From NCBI RefSeq assembly GCF_000737315.1, contig NZ_JMCB01000003.1, forward strand, positions 1 through 64,000: a stretch of DNA of 64,000 nt, read 5' to 3'. The translations under genes were made by a program, and so were the position numbers. The notes beneath the pieces were generated by a model that worked only from the letters and a program-made list of their open reading frames with translations, was not told the origin of the DNA and made no database searches. Each line of letters starts with the position of its first letter. The stretch's first letter is position 1. This DNA comes from Hyalangium minutum. GTDB taxonomy: Bacteria > Myxococcota > Myxococcia > Myxococcales > Myxococcaceae. Of the stretch, positions 60,317 through 64,000 are shown in pieces.

Positions 60317-61294
60317 TCAGTCAGCAGGCTTCGTCGAGGCTGCTTTCCGGGCCAGTTCGAGCTGCTCGCGGATCCACTCTCTGTAGAAGTAGGTGCTTGT
60401 GTACTCGGAGAACTCGACAGGGGCGCGATAGCTCGTCTTCGCGATCCCGACGAGCTCCAAGGCGTCGCCGTTCTCGCGGAGGCACGGGCCTCCACTGTCT
60501 CCAGCCAGTGCGTACGAGGCGGTCTCCCGCATCAGGAGCGGCTCTCCCTCGGAGAAGGTGGGCGGAATGAGCAAGGGCTTCGCGATGCGAAAGGTCTTGC
60601 CGTCCGTCTCTTCCAGAGATGCGACCTCATTGGTGCCTATCCGGCGAGCACCGCCATCCTCAGCATTGGGTCTCGTGACACCGTAGCCCACGCTGATCAC
60701 GGGTTCTGAGACACGGACCTTGGTGCGAGAGAGAGGAACGGCACGGAGTCCGCCAACGAGCGGTCGATCCAGGACAATGACTGCGAGGTCCGCATTGCTG
60801 GAGAGTTCCCGGCTGTCCGACTCACGGGCGTAACGGATCTTGAGCTCCGGATGAGGACGAACCCGCCCAGTGTGCGAGATGACATCTGCTGGCCACTGCA
60901 GGTCCTCTCGCAGGATGCTTCTCTGCTCTTCTGAGAGGGGCCTGTAGCGGACGGTCGTCACAGTGGCGGTCTTGGCGCACTGGGATGCATCAACGACGAA
61001 GGTCCCTGCGTCTTCGGGAGTGGTCCCTGCATGGGAGGCGCACACGCAGTGACCAGCCGTGAGAATGAGCTGAGCATGGGTGAGCACCCCGCTGCACGTT
61101 TTGAAGGCTACGCCTTTCCTGCTATCGAAGGTCGCGGTGACCCTGACGGTCGAGGCGTAGCGGTTCGAGGCATCCAGGACACTCTCCGAGACAATGGAGT
61201 AGCCACCGCTGGTCTGCTGCACCGCACCAGGACCCGCACAGCCGATGAGGGCTGTGAGCGGGAGCCAGATAAGGCATCTTGTGAAAGGGCTCAT
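60317..61294 (-). CDS. Trypsin-like (S1) serine protease lipoprotein
   Basis: Lipobox LIGC; TAGHC, DLAV, GDSGGP triad. Confidence 0.9.
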   Translation of the reverse strand: MSPFTRCLIWLPLTALIGCAGPGAVQQTSGGYSIVSESVLDASNRYASTVRVTATFDSRKGVAFKTCSGVLTHAQLILTAGHCVCASHAGTTPEDAGTFVVDASQCAKTATVTTVRYRPLSEEQRSILREDLQWPADVISHTGRVRPHPELKIRYARESDSRELSSNADLAVIVLDRPLVGGLRAVPLSRTKVRVSEPVISVGYGVTRPNAEDGGARRIGTNEVASLEETDGKTFRIAKPLLIPPTFSEGEPLLMRETASYALAGDSGGPCLRENGDALELVGIAKTSYRAPVEFSEYTSTYFYREWIREQLELARKAASTKPAD

Positions 61295-62208
61295 GGGACC
61301 TGACCTTCAGCGGTGTGCCTGAGTTCACTCCGCACCCACGCTTGATATCCGTGGATGCTCGTGCAGGCTGCGCCCCTTCCCAGGTTCCTGCTGGAGACTC
61401 CGACGAGGAGGGAATGGCCCGAGTCTTCGCGCAGGCAGGGGCCGCCGCTGTCGCCCTTGTAGAGGTGTCCAGACGGTTGCCTCACCAGGATCCTTGAGTC
61501 GCCAGCCACGGGAGGTCTCGTGGCCGTGTTTCTGCTGAACCGGCGGTTTTGATCATAACGATCATAGATCTCATCGTAGGCCTGCCCGGCGATGATGAGG
61601 GTCTCGGGAGGTTGAGCCTCCGTGCGTGCCATAAGGACAGGGGAGATCGCTTCTTCCACGGGACTTTCCAAGTGAATCATCGCAAGGTCCGCGACGCTGG
61701 AGACAACTTCTCCGTGGTCATTCAGGAGCACGCGGAACGCCGGGTGGGGATGGACCACTCCCAGGTAGAGCGCGCTGCTGGAACTGGCTTCATCCTCCAG
61801 GCCTGGGACGGGGGTGTAGAGGATCGTCGAGACGGCCGCCCTCTGGGCGCAGTTCGAAGCATCCATGAGGGAGGCGGACTGCGGGGCGCATAGGCAGTGC
61901 GCAGCTGTCAGGACAGCCCGGCGGTCCACCAGCACGCCGCTGCATCGCTTCGACTGCTCGCCGAGACGGGCGCCGACCACCACCGCCGAGGCGTAGCGGT
62001 TCTCCTTGTCCAACTTGCCCGCGAGCAGGAGCCGATCCGCCTCGATGGTCAGGGCCAGGGACTCCCCGAGCTCCCCAGCGATAGGGCTCGTGACAGTCCT
62101 GGGGGCCGCAGGGGCAGGGGGAGGTCTCGGGGCCTGGCACCCATCGCAGCCCACGAACGCGGTGAGCGCCAGAAAGGCTGTGGCGAGCCAGCCCCGAGGG
62201 GAGGGCAT
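61291..62208 (-). CDS. Trypsin-like (S1) serine protease lipoprotein
   Basis: Lipobox FVGC; TAAHC, DLAM, GDSGGP; 4-nt overlap with the next gene. Confidence 0.9.
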   Translation of the reverse strand: MPSPRGWLATAFLALTAFVGCDGCQAPRPPPAPAAPRTVTSPIAGELGESLALTIEADRLLLAGKLDKENRYASAVVVGARLGEQSKRCSGVLVDRRAVLTAAHCLCAPQSASLMDASNCAQRAAVSTILYTPVPGLEDEASSSSALYLGVVHPHPAFRVLLNDHGEVVSSVADLAMIHLESPVEEAISPVLMARTEAQPPETLIIAGQAYDEIYDRYDQNRRFSRNTATRPPVAGDSRILVRQPSGHLYKGDSGGPCLREDSGHSLLVGVSSRNLGRGAACTSIHGYQAWVRSELRHTAEGQVP

Positions 62209-62209
62209 C

Positions 62210-63532
62210 TCAGAGGCCGGCCAGCGACATGTTCTGCTGGCGCTTGGACAGCACCTTCACCGGCTGGATCGCCATCACGCGCATGAAGACCTGGAGCAAC
62301 TCCGGGTCGAACTTGTTGCGCATCTCCGTCCACATCAGCATCAGCGACACCTCGGGCCCATACGCATCCCGGTACGGCCGCTTGCTCGTCAGTGCGTCGA
62401 ACGCGTCGCAGATGGCGATGACCTTCGCGTACACCCCGAGGCTCGTCTTCGGGATGATCATCTGGATGTTGCCGCGCGTGTCCCGCACCGCCGTCCCGAA
62501 GTCCGCCTTGTGCTCGAACGTCGTCACCACCCGCAGCAGCGTCGAGCGCGTGATGCTCTTCTCCATCAGGATGTTGCGCACCGAGATCAGCGGCGCCTTC
62601 TGGATCAGCACCTTCTCCTCGGACGTCAGCGCCCCGCGCTTCGTCGCCAGCTCGTCCGGGATCGTCGACATCCCCGCGTCGTGGAACAGCGCGATGTAGC
62701 CCAGGTCCCGCAGCTGCGGCTTCGTCAGCCCCAGCTCCGCCCCGAACACGATGCTCATCAGGCACACGTTCACCTGATGGAACACCAGGTACTCCGACTC
62801 GCGCTTCGTGGTGGTCATCCCCAAGAAGTGCGTTCGCTGATCGTACGAGATGTCCACCAGATCCTGGACGAGCCGCAGCGCCTTGGACGTGTTCATCGGC
62901 TTCCCGGCCCGCACCGACTCCAGGTACTTCTGCAGGAAGAACACCGCGCGCGCGTACACCGTCATCGCGTACTTCTTCCGGTCGACCTTGTAGTCGCCCG
63001 GGTTCTCCAGCTTGTCCGCCTCCTTGGCCAGCTTCTCGCGCAGCTTGGAGAACTTGGCGACCTTCATGTTCAGCAGCTTCCGGTCCGCCAGGCCCTCCTC
63101 GCTCGCCTCCGAGGTCTGCTCCTTGCTGAAGATCCATACGAAGTTCTTCAGCTCCGGCAGGGTGATCGGCTTGGAGATGGAGAACCCACCCACGTCCTTG
63201 GCCCGCATCTCCGACAGCAGGTAGCGCTGGTTCTCGATGGCGTTCAGGTCCACCTTCACCAGCATGCTGTTCAGGTAGAAGGAGTCCTTCACCCCCACCA
63301 GATCCAGCCGCCCCTCCTTGGAGACGATCTGGTTCATGATGTCCTGCAGCTGCGTCAGCGGCTTCTCGAAGACGGCGTTGTCCGGGTCATACATCTTCAC
63401 GGACCGCACCAGCATGTAGAGCCCGGACACCATCCCGCGCGCCAGCGTCTGCAGCTTGTCCGAGTGCGCACGGCCATACTCGCCACCGCTGCTCTCGCTC
63501 TGGGCCTGGGTGATTTTCAAGTTGTCGGCCAT
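62210..63532 (-). CDS. HD-GYP-like protein with degenerate GYP motif
   Basis: ALFHDAG, ICDAFDALTSKRPYR, KFDPELL; the expected HHExxDGxGYP is replaced by FEHKADFG. Confidence 0.85.
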   Translation of the reverse strand: MADNLKITQAQSESSGGEYGRAHSDKLQTLARGMVSGLYMLVRSVKMYDPDNAVFEKPLTQLQDIMNQIVSKEGRLDLVGVKDSFYLNSMLVKVDLNAIENQRYLLSEMRAKDVGGFSISKPITLPELKNFVWIFSKEQTSEASEEGLADRKLLNMKVAKFSKLREKLAKEADKLENPGDYKVDRKKYAMTVYARAVFFLQKYLESVRAGKPMNTSKALRLVQDLVDISYDQRTHFLGMTTTKRESEYLVFHQVNVCLMSIVFGAELGLTKPQLRDLGYIALFHDAGMSTIPDELATKRGALTSEEKVLIQKAPLISVRNILMEKSITRSTLLRVVTTFEHKADFGTAVRDTRGNIQMIIPKTSLGVYAKVIAICDAFDALTSKRPYRDAYGPEVSLMLMWTEMRNKFDPELLQVFMRVMAIQPVKVLSKRQQNMSLAGL

Positions 63533-63536
63533 GGCT

Positions 63537-64000
63537 TCATGCCTCCTCTACCGGCGCCGCGTCTCCGAACAGCGCCTTCTTCGTCTGGTACATCGCCTTG
63601 CGCGCCGCGGTGAGCACCTCCACCGGCTGCGACTTGTCCTCCACCACGCCCTGCAGCACCTTGTACGCGTGGATGTTGCACGCGCCCGCCAGCCCCAGGA
63701 TGGCGACCAGCTTGTCGTCCATCACCTTCTTCTTGCTCAGCAGCGAGGGCTTCGCCGACAGGATCTGCGTCAGGAAGGTGAACGCGTTGGGCACGCCCGT
63801 GGAGCCCAGCGCCGAGTAGAAGGCGGCGCGCTCGTCCGCCGTCTTCTTTTCGAAGTCCGAGGCCCGTATCACCCGCAGCACATCGATGTACGCCTTCTCT
63901 GGGTCGAACTCCGGCAGCAGCTTGGCCGCCTGCATCCGTACCTGGGAGACGGGATCGTGCAGCAGCTCCGCGAACAGCTTGCGGCTCTCGGCGGAGTGGC
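63537..64000 (-). CDS. HEAT-repeat protein, C-terminal part (starts beyond window)
   Basis: Frame open to window edge: ...HSAESRKLFAELLHDPVSQVRMQAAKLL. Confidence 0.8.
   Translation of the reverse strand, partial: HSAESRKLFAELLHDPVSQVRMQAAKLLPEFDPEKAYIDVLRVIRASDFEKKTADERAAFYSALGSTGVPNAFTFLTQILSAKPSLLSKKKVMDDKLVAILGLAGACNIHAYKVLQGVVEDKSQPVEVLTAARKAMYQTKKALFGDAAPVEEA

Overview
High-GC myxobacterial DNA, probably Cystobacterineae/Archangiaceae-like. This is inferred from gene content: gliding-polarity locus, many Ser/Thr kinases, lipoprotein toxin-type module. 1-16949 is the end of tuf plus the S10/spc/alpha ribosomal protein supercluster; rplC is missing from its usual place. 17-35 kb is mixed housekeeping and signalling: PlsC, dNK, a catalytically degenerate FHA-bEBP, PsuG, a histidine kinase, a yybP-ykoY Mn riboswitch with a TMEM165/GDT1 exporter, fRMsr, a peptidase/ATP-grasp pair, a kinase, ABC-F, an AqpS-ArsC chimera and MgtC. 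35-42 kb is accessory: a kinase / nuclease-fold lipoprotein / putative immunity module and three tandem orphan CheB genes. 42-55 kb holds a histidine kinase, Slt, selA-HNH, a knottin-like repeat lipoprotein, MinD-like ATPase, J/HTH protein, probable romX and rluD. The strongest candidate for a new system is 55-59 kb: a full-architecture major vault protein (MVP) homologue with repeats, shoulder, cap helix and cap ring. It appears to lack two of the eukaryotic repeats, is preceded by a compact structured intergenic RNA-like element, and is followed by a strong hairpin and a small unknown gene. All family calls come from motif recognition by eye; no searches were run.
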